The notes: generated from the sequence alone by a model not told the origin. A stretch of DNA of 64,000 bases from an uncultured Candidatus Rokubacteria bacterium (GCA_963754315.1 CAVWFS010000008.1:224001-288000); one strand, 5' to 3'; counted from the stretch's first letter, positions 19,857 through 29,780 are shown. Translations and numbers: made by a program.

Positions 19857-21470
19857 TCAATTCTCGGACAGCCACACGTCCTGGAGCTTCTGATTGGTGT
19901 AGTGACTGGGGGGCGCCACATAGTTCTTCACCTTGGCCCAGTGCACCACGTTGCGCGTCCACCACAGCCCCGGCATGTAGTAGACGTTCTCGATCACGCG
20001 TTGCTGGAGCTGCATGACCAGCTTCTTGCGCTCGGCGGGGTCGATGGCCCGGGCCTGCCGGGAGAACAGGTCGTCGACGACGGGATCGGAGAAGCGCCCG
20101 TAGTTCTGGGGGGCGCCGGTGGTGTAACGGTTGAGGAACTGGTCCGGATCGTCCATGAACTCGACGGTGGGGCCGATCATCAACTCGAAGTTCGCCCCCT
20201 GCAGATCGGCGAACCAGGCCGCGGTTTCGACGGGCCGATTCTCGGCCTCGATCCCGATTTTTCTCCATTCCTGGATCGCGAACACCGCCAGGTCTTGGTA
20301 CGGCAGCTTCACGTTGCGGTTCTTGAGGACGACCTTGAAGCCGTTGGGGTACCCGGCCTCGGCCAAGAGACGCTTGGCCTCGGCCCGGCTCTTCTCGGCG
20401 TCTCGCCAGAACCCTGGCAGCTTCTCAAGCTCGGCGGGTGGCATGGCAAACTCAGTGCCCGGACGCAGCAGACCGCCCGGGTCGCGGAGGCCCGTCAAGG
20501 TATAGAGCACCTTGCCCCCCGTATAGCGGTCAAAGCCGAGCGTGACAGCCTTGCGTACGCGGGGGTCGGTGAACGGTTTCACCGTGTTGTTGATGAGGAT
20601 CCCGAACTGGCCGACCATGGGTGTTTGCTGGACGGCGACCTTGTCACCCAGCTGCTTCTTGATCGCTTCCGCCTCTGCGTTGGGCAGATCGCGGAATTCG
20701 ATGTACGCGCGCCCGGACCGGATGGCGGCTGCCCGCACGGACGTCTCGGGGCTGATGTAGAACTTGTAGCCGTCGAGGTAGGGTCGGTCCTTGATGAAGT
20801 AGTCGGGGTTGCGCTCCCCCTCGAATGTGGAGCCGCGAGTGTAGCTTTTGAACTTGAAGGGGCCGGAACCCACGACGTTCGTCTTGAAGTAGTTGGGATC
20901 CTTGTCCAGGTACTTCTTCGGATATATGACGTTCCACGGAGACGCGAGGTTGCTCAGCAGTGAGGCCGACGGGAACTTGAGCTTGAACACGACGGTGGCG
21001 GGATCGGGGGCCTCGATGCGCTCGATCGACGTGTAGGCCTCCTTGCGGATACTGGCCACTCCCTGGGGCGGGGAGACGATCTTCTCGTAGCTGGCCTTGA
21101 CGTCGGCGGACGTCAACGGCGAGCCGTCGTGGAACTTGATGCCCTGGCGAAGCTTGAAGGTGTACGTCAGCCCATCCGGGGACATCTTCCACTCGGTGGC
21201 CACGTCACCGATGATCTTCGGGTAGTTGAGGGGATCGATCTGCAGCAACAGGCTGTAGAGCGGCGCCACCAGCTGGATGTTGGCAAACGTGCTTTCCTGA
21301 TGGGGGTCGAGGCTCGGCGGGTCGGCGCCAATGACGGCGAGCAACACGCCGCCCCGGCGTGGGGTTTCCGGAGCCTGGGCTCCGACCGGTATCGTCACGA
21401 CCATCGACATACCGAGGAGCGCCACGGCCAAGACCACGAAGAAGCTCAGGTAACGTCGGGACCGTTCCAT
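19857..21470 (-). CDS. ABC transporter substrate-binding protein, family 5 (tandem paralog)
   Basis: Same motifs; start ATG 21470 with GGAGG SD gives a normal signal peptide (an in-frame ATG 21572 also has an SD). Confidence 0.93.
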   Translation of the reverse strand: MERSRRYLSFFVVLAVALLGMSMVVTIPVGAQAPETPRRGGVLLAVIGADPPSLDPHQESTFANIQLVAPLYSLLLQIDPLNYPKIIGDVATEWKMSPDGLTYTFKLRQGIKFHDGSPLTSADVKASYEKIVSPPQGVASIRKEAYTSIERIEAPDPATVVFKLKFPSASLLSNLASPWNVIYPKKYLDKDPNYFKTNVVGSGPFKFKSYTRGSTFEGERNPDYFIKDRPYLDGYKFYISPETSVRAAAIRSGRAYIEFRDLPNAEAEAIKKQLGDKVAVQQTPMVGQFGILINNTVKPFTDPRVRKAVTLGFDRYTGGKVLYTLTGLRDPGGLLRPGTEFAMPPAELEKLPGFWRDAEKSRAEAKRLLAEAGYPNGFKVVLKNRNVKLPYQDLAVFAIQEWRKIGIEAENRPVETAAWFADLQGANFELMIGPTVEFMDDPDQFLNRYTTGAPQNYGRFSDPVVDDLFSRQARAIDPAERKKLVMQLQQRVIENVYYMPGLWWTRNVVHWAKVKNYVAPPSHYTNQKLQDVWLSEN

Positions 21471-21699
21471 GCGCTGACACCTCCGATTGATGGGGGAAAA
21501 CTGCCACTCAGGGCACGTCGAGCGGACGGCGAGCAGGTGCGACAATCTGAGCGGTCCTGGGATCCGAGCCATTCACTCTCCTCCCGGGCCTTGAACGATG
21601 CCCGCCGGCTTCAACGGATCCACCTCAACGCGGCAAGCACGCGATGGGGGGAGGGGCTCCGGAAGCGAGTTCGGGCAATCCTTGCGCTCGACGCGGCGG

Positions 21700-21728
21700 A
21701 CGCTACCAGGGTGCGACGCGGCTGTCAA
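21700..21728 (-). promoter_or_regulatory. Putative sigma70 promoter of ABC operon
   Basis: Minus strand TTGACA (21728-21723) - 17 nt - TAGCGT (21705-21700). Confidence 0.55.
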
Positions 21729-21854
21729 CGTTTCTTGCTCTTGGCCCGGGCCAGGGGCCCACCGTGCTATCGTGACCGTCGCCGAGCGACGCGCACAGCA
21801 GTAACAAGCACCATAGGGCGGTTGTTCCGAGAGCATAAGACTTCTCAGAGCCTG

Positions 21855-22097
21855 CGAAGGGTACACTCGGGACGCCCCGAGCGTCGTGGGGGGATGTGGG
21901 GGGCCATGTCGGGGCCCCAGAGCGCGGCGCGTGAATTCGAGGGGCGTCACGGGTATCCCGGGACGTCCTCGAGCGGTGGGGGGAATGGGGGGCGATGTCG
22001 GGGCCCCCGAGCCGGCGCGTGAAATCGAGGGGCGTCACGGGTATCCCGGGACGTCCTCGAGCGTTGGGGGGATGGGGGGCCATGTCGGGGCCCCCCA
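21855..22097. repeat. Second cluster of two-hairpin repeat (period 88 bp, opposite orientation to the 5.5 kb cluster)
   Basis: TCGAGGGGCGTCACGGGTATCCCGGGACGTCCTCGAGCG at 21937 and 22025; three GGGGGC(C/G)ATGTCGGGGCCCC hairpins. Confidence 0.9.
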
Positions 22098-22111
22098 TAA
22101 GGAGGTAGGCC

Positions 22112-23308
22112 ATGGCCCGCGGAGGATATCGCGTATTCGACGCCGATACGCACCTGATCGAGCCCGTCGAGCCCATCGAGGCCTATCTGTCGGATCGCGA
22201 TCGCGCCCGGCTGGCGGCGGCAGGCTCCGCGGTGGGGCGGGCGCCGGCTAAGGGCGGTATGTCTCGCTATCACGTCGGAAAACGGCCGACGCTCGACCGA
22301 CGCCTCGGCTCGAAGGAGCGCGTATCGGCCCCGACGGCCATCACCCGGGGTTTGAAAGACGGCGGTACACCCTGGGATGTGCGCTGGCAAGGCCCCCCGT
22401 TTCCGAGCGAGCGCGTCAGCTTCGACCCTCACGCACGGGTCCGCGACATGGACATCGAGGGCATCGACGTGAACATGGTTCTGCCCTCGGGCGGGCTGCC
22501 GGCGTTCTGCGGCCTGGACGATGTCAAGCTCGAGCTGGCGATGTACGAGGCCTATCACCGATTCCTGAACGACTACTGCGCCCCCTATCCGGATCGGCTG
22601 ACCAGCGTGATCCTGGCCTCGGGGCGAGACATACCGGCCTCGGTGGCCGAGGTGCGCCGCTGCGGCAAGGAGGACTGGCCGGTCGGCATCTTCCCGATCT
22701 GCCCACCGGAGATGTCGCTGGACGATCCCGACTGGGAGCCCGTCTGGGCGGTAGCCCAAGAGCATGACCTCACCGTCATCATCCACACGTTCACCATGAC
22801 CGTGCCATATCCGCCAGGTGTGTGGGACACCTGGAACAATGTGTTCCTGCAACGCTCCGCCAGCCACGTCTGGAACGCCCAGCGCAACATGGCGGCCCTC
22901 ATCGGGGCGGGGGTTCTGGATCGATACCCGGAACTGCGCCTGGCCCCCCTCGAGTGCGGGCACGGCTGGCTGGCCTCGTGGGGCGCGCGCCTCGACGAAC
23001 TGGCCGAGATGTGCCGCCATGCCTTGCCGCCGCTGGCCCGAAAACCCAGCGAATACATCCGGGGCCCCCAGTATCACCAGAGTATCCAGATTCACGAAGG
23101 TGAGCAGTCGCTCCGCCACGCGATCGAGGCCCTCGGCGAGGACACCCTGATGTTCGCGACCGACTATCCGCACTCGGAGAGCTGGTTTCCCAAGTCGGTC
23201 GAGGTCGTGCTGGGCTGGTCGCTGCCCGAGCAGGTCCTGCGCAAGCTCTTCTGGGACAACGCCGTGCGCTGCTATCGCCGGTACCAGGCCCGGGTGGTGG
23301 CCGGCTGA
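22112..23308 (+). CDS. Amidohydrolase family 2 protein
   Basis: FDADTH, DMDIEGID, IIH, LECG.GW, FATDYPH; SD TAAGGAGG. Confidence 0.9.
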   Translation: MARGGYRVFDADTHLIEPVEPIEAYLSDRDRARLAAAGSAVGRAPAKGGMSRYHVGKRPTLDRRLGSKERVSAPTAITRGLKDGGTPWDVRWQGPPFPSERVSFDPHARVRDMDIEGIDVNMVLPSGGLPAFCGLDDVKLELAMYEAYHRFLNDYCAPYPDRLTSVILASGRDIPASVAEVRRCGKEDWPVGIFPICPPEMSLDDPDWEPVWAVAQEHDLTVIIHTFTMTVPYPPGVWDTWNNVFLQRSASHVWNAQRNMAALIGAGVLDRYPELRLAPLECGHGWLASWGARLDELAEMCRHALPPLARKPSEYIRGPQYHQSIQIHEGEQSLRHAIEALGEDTLMFATDYPHSESWFPKSVEVVLGWSLPEQVLRKLFWDNAVRCYRRYQARVVAG

Positions 23309-23309
23309 G

Positions 23310-24179
23310 ATGAAATTCGGTCTGCGCTACGCGAGCCTCGGACGATACGCAAATGGGGCCGCCGCGGTGGAGCTCGCCCAGGCCGCCGAGGCAGCGGGCT
23401 TCGACTCGATCTGGACGGTCGAGCACGTGGTGGTGCCCCACGGTTACCAGTCTCGCTATCCGTACTCCCCGACCGGGCGGATGGGCTCGGGCCTGGAGGA
23501 CTTTCCCATTCCCGATCCCCTGATCTGGCTGGCCTATATCGCATCGGCCACCCGGACCATCAAGCTCGGCACGGCCATTCTGATTCTCCCCCAGCGGAAT
23601 CCTGTGGTCACGGCCAAGGCCGTTGCCACTCTCGATCACCTGGCCGGTGGCGGCCGCGTCTTGCTGGGGATAGGCGTGGGTTGGCTGGCCGAGGAGTTCG
23701 CGACGCTCGGGGTGCCCTTCGATGATCGTGGGCCACGCACGGACGACTACGTGGCCGCCATGCGGGCACTGTGGAGCCAGGACTGCGCGAGCTACCGTGG
23801 TCGGTTCGTCGCCTTCAACCAGGTGTTCTGTCGTCCGCTACCGCAGGAGCGGCGGATCCCCATCATCATCGGGGGCGACACCATGGCCGCTGCGCGGCGG
23901 GCGGGGCGACTCGGCGACGGCTACTTTCCCGCTCGGGCCGCCCCGCCGGAGCTCCTGGCCGAGATGCGCCGCGCGGCGGAAGCGGCCGGCCGGGATCCGG
24001 CGAAGATCGAGATCACCCTGGCCGCTCCCACTGACCTCTCCGACATCGAGGCGCTGGCCAGGCAGGGGGTGGCCCGGGTGGCGGTGCCGGTGAGCTCGGC
24101 GGCGGGCCTGCCCGCTCAGGTCAAGACGCCCGAAGACGTGCTCCGTTACGGGAAGGACGTGATCGCCCGGTTCCGTTGA
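23310..24179 (+). CDS. LLM-class oxidoreductase, probably F420-dependent (Rv2161c-like)
   Basis: GFDSIWTVEH, DPLIWL, KLGTAILILPQR, LGIGVGW..EEF. Confidence 0.88.
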   Translation: MKFGLRYASLGRYANGAAAVELAQAAEAAGFDSIWTVEHVVVPHGYQSRYPYSPTGRMGSGLEDFPIPDPLIWLAYIASATRTIKLGTAILILPQRNPVVTAKAVATLDHLAGGGRVLLGIGVGWLAEEFATLGVPFDDRGPRTDDYVAAMRALWSQDCASYRGRFVAFNQVFCRPLPQERRIPIIIGGDTMAAARRAGRLGDGYFPARAAPPELLAEMRRAAEAAGRDPAKIEITLAAPTDLSDIEALARQGVARVAVPVSSAAGLPAQVKTPEDVLRYGKDVIARFR

Positions 24180-24204
24180 GGTGGATTCGACAACCAGGAG
24201 ACTC

Positions 24205-25443
24205 ATGCGCATGAAGTTCGAAGAACTCGTGAAGCCCGAGGAAGTGGGACTGTCGTCGTCGAGGCTGGCCCGGATCAGCGCCCATCTGGCGCGGTACGTC
24301 GAAGGCGGCAAGCTGGCGGGAACTCTGACCTTGATCGCCCGTGGGGGGCGGGTGGCCTACTGCGAGGCCCTGGGGCACCTGGAGATCGAGCGTCGGCGAC
24401 CCCTGACCCCCGACACCATCTTCCGCATCTACTCCATGACCAAGCCCATCACCAGCGTGGGGCTGATGATGCTCTACGAGCAGGGGCGGTTCCAGCTCGA
24501 CGATCCCGTGCACCGCTTCATTCCCGCGTGGAAGGGGCTTCAAACGTTCGTGGCCGGCAATCACCCCGCCTTCGTGACCGCCCCCGCGGCGCGAGACATG
24601 ACGATCCGCGATCTGCTCACCCACACGTCCGGGCTCACCTATGGATTCATGGAGCGAACCAATGTCGACGCCGCCTACCGAAAGCTCGGCGTTGCCGATC
24701 GCGCCCGGCCCGGCTACACCCTGCGCAACATGGTCGATACCCTGGCTCAGCTGCCCCTGGAGTTTTCCCCCGGGACCCGCTGGAACTATTCCGTCTCCAC
24801 CGACGTGCTCGGGTACCTGATCGAGGTCATCTCCGGTCAACGATTGGACGCATATCTTCGCGAGCACGTGCTGGAACCGCTGGACATGCGGGATACGGGC
24901 TTCGTCATCACCGATGCCCAGATCCCGCGCTTCGCTGCCAACTACCAGCGCCAGACCGACGGGAGCTTGACCTTGGTCGATGACCCGGAGGCCAGCCAAT
25001 ACCGGGAGTGTAGCTTCCTCTCGGGCGGGGGCGGGCTGGTCTCGACGGCGGCGGACTACTTTCGCTTCGCCGCCATGCTGCGCAATCGGGGTGAGCTGGA
25101 TGGTGTCCGCCTCCTCGGGCGAAAAACAGTGGAGTTGATGACGGTGAACCACCTGCCGGGCGGTCAGGATCTGGCCCAGCTTGCCCAGGGGGGGGCCTTC
25201 ACGGAGACTGCGTACGCTGGGGTCGGGTTCGGACTTGGCTTCTCGGTCATGCAGTCGCCGTCGCGCGCGCACATCCTCGGCACTCCGGGCGAGTTTGCCT
25301 GGGGCGGCGCGGCCAGCACGGCCTTCTGGATCGATCCCACGGAGGATCTGATCGTCATCTTCATGACCCAGCTCATGCCGTCCTCGTCATATCCGTTGCG
25401 GCGGGAGCTACGCGTCCTGACCTATGCCGCATTGATCGACTGA
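24205..25443 (+). CDS. Serine hydrolase, beta-lactamase-related family
   Basis: FRIYSMTKP (SxxK), LLTHTSG, WNYS, WGGAAST. Confidence 0.9.
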   Translation: MRMKFEELVKPEEVGLSSSRLARISAHLARYVEGGKLAGTLTLIARGGRVAYCEALGHLEIERRRPLTPDTIFRIYSMTKPITSVGLMMLYEQGRFQLDDPVHRFIPAWKGLQTFVAGNHPAFVTAPAARDMTIRDLLTHTSGLTYGFMERTNVDAAYRKLGVADRARPGYTLRNMVDTLAQLPLEFSPGTRWNYSVSTDVLGYLIEVISGQRLDAYLREHVLEPLDMRDTGFVITDAQIPRFAANYQRQTDGSLTLVDDPEASQYRECSFLSGGGGLVSTAADYFRFAAMLRNRGELDGVRLLGRKTVELMTVNHLPGGQDLAQLAQGGAFTETAYAGVGFGLGFSVMQSPSRAHILGTPGEFAWGGAASTAFWIDPTEDLIVIFMTQLMPSSSYPLRRELRVLTYAALID

Positions 25444-25452
25444 GCGGAGGCC

Positions 25453-26659
25453 ATGGACCACGCGCTGAGTGACATCACTGTGCTCGACCTAGGACAGGTC
25501 ATCGCCATGCCCTTCTGCACCATGCTGCTGGCCGACCTCGGGGCCAGGGTGATCAAGGTCGAGTCGCGGGAACGCGGCCGCGAACGTCTGTCGCTCGGCG
25601 TGAAGCGGCGGCGGGACGGGGTCGAGGAGCGCGTGCCGGCTGCCCAGTACCGTGAGCGGAACAAGCTGGCTATCACCCTGGAGCTGAAGACACCGCGAGG
25701 GGCGGCCCTCTTCAAAGAGCTGGTGAAGCACGCGGATGTGGTGACCGAGAACTTCAGCGTAGGGCACCATGGAGCGTCTGGGCCTCGGCTACGAGGACCT
25801 CCGGCAGCTGAACCCGGGCCTTGTCTACGCGTCGATCACCGCCTTCGGACAGCACGGGCCCTACGCGGCCCAGCGAGGCTACGACATCCTGGCCCAGGCC
25901 ATCAGCGGCTACATGAGCATCACGGGGTTCCCCGACCAGCCTCCGACCCGGTCGGGCCAGTCCATCTCGGACTACTATGCCGGCATGCTCTGCGCTTTCA
26001 GCGTGGTGTCCGCGCTGCACTACCGCCACCGCACGGGAAAGGGTCAGCGTATCGATCTGGCCCTGCTCGACAGCCTGCTGGTGGCGCTCGACAACCTCGG
26101 CGAGCGCTATACCGTCGGCGGTGAGATCCTCACCCGGGCGGGCAACGTGTCCTTCGGCGGATCCAGCTCGGGTGTCTATGCGACGAGCGACGGTCATGTG
26201 GCCATCGCGGCCGGGGCCAGCGACGCCGTGTGGGGCAGGTTCTGCGAGATCATCGGGCGCGTTGACCTTATCCGGGATGGTGGGTTCGCCACGGCGGCCG
26301 CTCGGCGCGATCGCCGCGACCAGATCGCGGGCATCATCCAGGGATGGACCGCCCAGCGCACGAAGGCCGACGTCGTCCAGACGCTTGCCACGGCAGGCGT
26401 TCCCGCGGCGCCGGTCAACAACGTCGCCGAGATGGTTGCCGACCCACAGGTGCAGGCTCGGGAGATGTTCGTCGAGCTAGACCATCCCACCTTTGGACCG
26501 CTGAAGACGACGGGAACGCCCCTCAAGCTGTCCGAGACGCCGGGGCGCGTCCGCTGGCTGGCCCCCGAGCCCGGCGAGCACAACGAGGAGGTCTTCGTCG
26601 GTCTCCTCGGCTATTCTTATGACGATCTGGCCCGATGGCACGCCGAGGGTGTGATCTAG
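25453..26659 (+). CDS. CoA-transferase family III (CaiB/BaiF); +1 frameshift near 25762
   Basis: LADLGARVIKVE, RNK, ADVVTENF / MERLGLGYEDL..NP.LVYASITAFG..GPY...GYD. Confidence 0.9.
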
Positions 26660-26684
26660 AGCTTATCCGCGAAGGGAGACAGAC

Positions 26685-27620
26685 ATGCAGTTTGGCCTAT
26701 TCACGAGCATGGGCGCCCAGACCTGGTCGGGCGTTCTGGAATTCTGGCGCCACCTCGAAGCCACCGGGTGGGACATCGCCTGTGTGACCGACCACTTCAT
26801 GCCGAACACGAAGGAGCGCGAGGGCGCCATGCTGGAGTCCTGGAGCACGCTCAGCGCCCTGGCAGCTCTGGTGCCGCGTATGCGCGTAGGGACCATCGTG
26901 CTGGGCAACACGTACCGTCACCCGGCCGTGGTGGCCAAGATGGCGACCCAGGTCGACATCATCTCGGGCGGTCGCCTCCTGCTGGGCATCGGCGCCGGCT
27001 GGCAGGAGAACGAGCACGCGGCCTACGGCATCCCCTTCTACACGATGCGCGAGCGCCTGGAGCGCCTGGACGAGGCGTGTGAGGTCATCCGGGCGCTGTG
27101 GACCCAGCGCCGCAGTGACTTCAAGGGCCGCTACTACCAGCTCGCCGATGCTCCGCTGGATCCCAAGCCCGTCCAGACGCCGCATCCCGAGCTGATGATC
27201 GGCGGGGGCGGCGAGCGCGTGACCTTGCGGATCGTCGCCAAGCACGCCGACCACTGGAACGTGTGGGGCGGTCCCAAGATCGCGACGAAGAAGGGCGCCA
27301 TCCTGGACGCTCACTGCGGCGCCGTGGGTCGCGAGTCCAAGAGCATCCGGCGCTCGGTCAACATGGCCCTGCTCATCACCGACAAGAAGGCCGATGTCGA
27401 ACGGCTCGCCGATACCATCGCCGCTCGCATGGGTCGTCACGCGGCGGATGCCCGGGACACCTGCCTGGCCGGGACCCCCGAGCAGATCCGCGAGCAGCTC
27501 CACCAGCTGCGAGCCGCCGGCGTCGATGTGGTTTTCGTCCCGAGCCTGTTCCGACCCCTGCCCGAGCTGCGACGCGACCTCGACCGGTTCATCGCGGAGA
27601 TTGCCCCCGCGTTTCGTTAG
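26685..27620 (+). CDS. LLM-class oxidoreductase, probably F420-dependent (Rv1855c-like)
   Basis: DHF, LESWSTL, NTYRHPAVVAK, LGIGAGW.E.EH.AYG, PKPVQ, IGGGGE. Confidence 0.88.
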   Translation: MQFGLFTSMGAQTWSGVLEFWRHLEATGWDIACVTDHFMPNTKEREGAMLESWSTLSALAALVPRMRVGTIVLGNTYRHPAVVAKMATQVDIISGGRLLLGIGAGWQENEHAAYGIPFYTMRERLERLDEACEVIRALWTQRRSDFKGRYYQLADAPLDPKPVQTPHPELMIGGGGERVTLRIVAKHADHWNVWGGPKIATKKGAILDAHCGAVGRESKSIRRSVNMALLITDKKADVERLADTIAARMGRHAADARDTCLAGTPEQIREQLHQLRAAGVDVVFVPSLFRPLPELRRDLDRFIAEIAPAFR

Positions 27621-27695
27621 CGTGGGGCGCCTCGAAGGGGCTGGTCGAACCCGGAACGCTCCGAACAGGGAAGGGCTTAGTGGGAGGCAGAGAGG

Positions 27696-28157
27696 GTGAA
27701 GACAGCCGGGGCGACTCTCATCGCTGCGGCCCTGCTGTTCGCCAGCGGCTGCGTCACGCGTCCCGATTGGATCGAAGCCACGCTGGTGACCGTCGACGTG
27801 AACGGAGTCTGGCAGGGGGCAATCTCCGGCGCCGCGCTGCCGTACCTTGGGACTCGGGGGAGCTCACCCTTGACCTCAAGCAGAATGGAGCAAAGGTCAC
27901 GGGAAGGTTGCAGCGTAGGACCGGTGACCAGCACGAGCGGGATTTCGCGACGATACTCTGGCCCACTCGCAGGGCGTGTGGGCGGCGACGTTCTCAATTT
28001 CACGGTAACGAGTGAAATGGGTGAGGGATTGGCAGGTGAACTGACAGTTCGCCACGACGAGATGGAAGGGATGGTGCGCGGAGCGGAGATCCAGGGAGCC
28101 AGGGTTCTGCTACGCCGGATCGATTCACCTTCACGGCTCCAGCGGGACAACCCCTAG
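27696..28157 (+). CDS. Hypothetical lipoprotein; probable pair of compensating frameshifts at ~27858-27915
   Basis: Lipobox LFASG-C; alternate frame ELTLDLKQNGAKVTG fits the beta-strand pattern better than the ORF-track segment. Confidence 0.65.
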   Translation: MKTAGATLIAAALLFASGCVTRPDWIEATLVTVDVNGVWQGAISGAALPYLGTRGSSPLTSSRMEQRSREGCSVGPVTSTSGISRRYSGPLAGRVGGDVLNFTVTSEMGEGLAGELTVRHDEMEGMVRGAEIQGARVLLRRIDSPSRLQRDNP

Positions 28158-28177
28158 AGCGGCCAAGCCCCAAACGC

Positions 28178-29110
28178 TCAGAGGGGGATGAGGCGCTTGC
28201 GATCGCCGGTGACGCCGATGGCGACGCCGCCGAGGATCAGCACGATGGCGGCCAACAGCGGCAAGGTCGGCGTCTCCCCCAGCCAGATGGTGGCAATCAC
28301 CACGCTGACGACCGGGGTGGCGAGCAACCCGAGGGACGTGGTGACGGCAGGCAGGTTGCGGCTGGCCACGGCGATCGCCCAATACGCCACGGCTGTGCCC
28401 GGCACACCAGCATAGAGCAGCAGGGCGACGAGCCGGACGTTCCATTCCGTGTTCGGCACCTTGGACGTCGCGATAGCCAGGGGCATCAGGATCGCGGTGG
28501 CGAGCAGCATCTCCCAGGGAACCAGATCGAAAGGGGTGGACTGCCATCGGTGGCCACGAATGTGCAGAATGCTGGCCGCCCACAGGAGCGCCGCCACGAT
28601 GATGGCGCCGTTACCGAGGACTGCCTCGCGGTTCGACCAGTCGAACGCAGCGGGATTGAACAGCACGAGCAAGCCCAGAAGACCGATGACCACCCCGGCC
28701 AGCCGTCGCACCGTGAGCCGTTCCCCCAGAAAGAGGCTGGCCCCTGGCGTCACCCAGAGCGGGGTCGTGTAGGCGAGGACCACCGAGCGTCCTGTGGACA
28801 CCAGTTGCAGCCCCCACGCCGCCAGAAGGGCGAAGCCCACCATGTGGAGCAAGGTGATGCTGAGCAACACCGGCATGTCGGCCCGCGGCGGGAGCGCGAG
28901 GCGGCCTCGCCAGAGCGCCATCGCGAACAGGGCCACGGTGGCGATTGCTGCCCGCAAGGCCATCATCCACAGCGGTGGGAGGCTTTCGAGGATCACCTTG
29001 TTCACAGGCCATGTCAGGCCCCAGGCGATCACCACCGTGATGAGGAGGACGACCCCCTCGCGATACGTCGCGCGATCGCGCGTTGAAGCCCAGCCAGATC
29101 GGCGCCTCAC
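28178..29110 (-). CDS. DMT/EamA family transporter
   Basis: ~10 TM segments, WG..WP, R...A, LFLGERL, WLGE. Confidence 0.9.
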   Translation of the reverse strand: MRRRSGWASTRDRATYREGVVLLITVVIAWGLTWPVNKVILESLPPLWMMALRAAIATVALFAMALWRGRLALPPRADMPVLLSITLLHMVGFALLAAWGLQLVSTGRSVVLAYTTPLWVTPGASLFLGERLTVRRLAGVVIGLLGLLVLFNPAAFDWSNREAVLGNGAIIVAALLWAASILHIRGHRWQSTPFDLVPWEMLLATAILMPLAIATSKVPNTEWNVRLVALLLYAGVPGTAVAYWAIAVASRNLPAVTTSLGLLATPVVSVVIATIWLGETPTLPLLAAIVLILGGVAIGVTGDRKRLIPL

Positions 29111-29199
29111 GATCCCGGGGTCAGGCGCCGGAGAACGTCTCGGTAGCTCGGCGCCACCTCCATTTCCGCCGTGAGTGGCGCCGCCGGAGAGGGAGGCAT
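29107..29199 (-). CDS. Putative 30-aa leaderless uORF or gene remnant upstream of DMT transporter
   Basis: TATGAT-6nt-ATG 29199; MPPSPAAPLTAEMEVAPSYRDVLRRLTPGS*; its TGA overlaps the GTG start of the DMT gene. Confidence 0.4.
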   Translation of the reverse strand: MPPSPAAPLTAEMEVAPSYRDVLRRLTPGS

Positions 29200-29339
29200 G
29201 CGCGGATCATAGCGGAGGGGACGCGACGAGGCTAGCTGCTGGTCGCCGTCCGCGACGCAATCCAGCCCGGAATTTCACGTCACGACTCGGCCGGGGTCCT
29301 AGCTCACGTAATGCCCATCATCCGGGTTGGGGGGACGCA

Positions 29340-29780
29340 ATGAACGAGAAGAGCCAGCTCTTGCAGGGGGCAGACGAAGCGTTCGCCGAATTGCAGCAGG
29401 CGACGGGAGGGCTCACCGAGGATGAAATGGTCGAGGTCTGGTTCGGGACGTGGGGTGTGCGTGAGATCCTGATCCACATCTCTGGTTGGCATCGGGCGAT
29501 GATTCCCGCGCTGCAGCGGGTGGGTCGGGGCGAGCCACCGTATCCACCCGGGACCTACGACGACTTCGATGCCTGGAACGCTCGGTTCGTAACCGAGAAA
29601 GTCGGTGTGAAGGTTGCCGATGTTCGGGCGGAACTGGAAGCGTCCCATCGCGACTTCATCCGTGCGGCCACGGCCGTGCCGGAGGACCACTTCGACGCGG
29701 CGCGCGAGCTGCTCGATGGTGCGGGGACCGCACACTATCGCGAACACACGGGGCAGATTCGCGGATGGCGGGAGCGGTAG
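29340..29780 (+). CDS. DinB/ClbS-like four-helix bundle protein
   Basis: WGVREILIHISGW and HYREH histidine pattern. Confidence 0.75.
   Translation: MNEKSQLLQGADEAFAELQQATGGLTEDEMVEVWFGTWGVREILIHISGWHRAMIPALQRVGRGEPPYPPGTYDDFDAWNARFVTEKVGVKVADVRAELEASHRDFIRAATAVPEDHFDAARELLDGAGTAHYREHTGQIRGWRER

Noticed and set aside
24205..25443. Beta-lactam resistance gene
   Set aside because: No signal peptide; esterase-like SxxK family member inside a catabolic operon.
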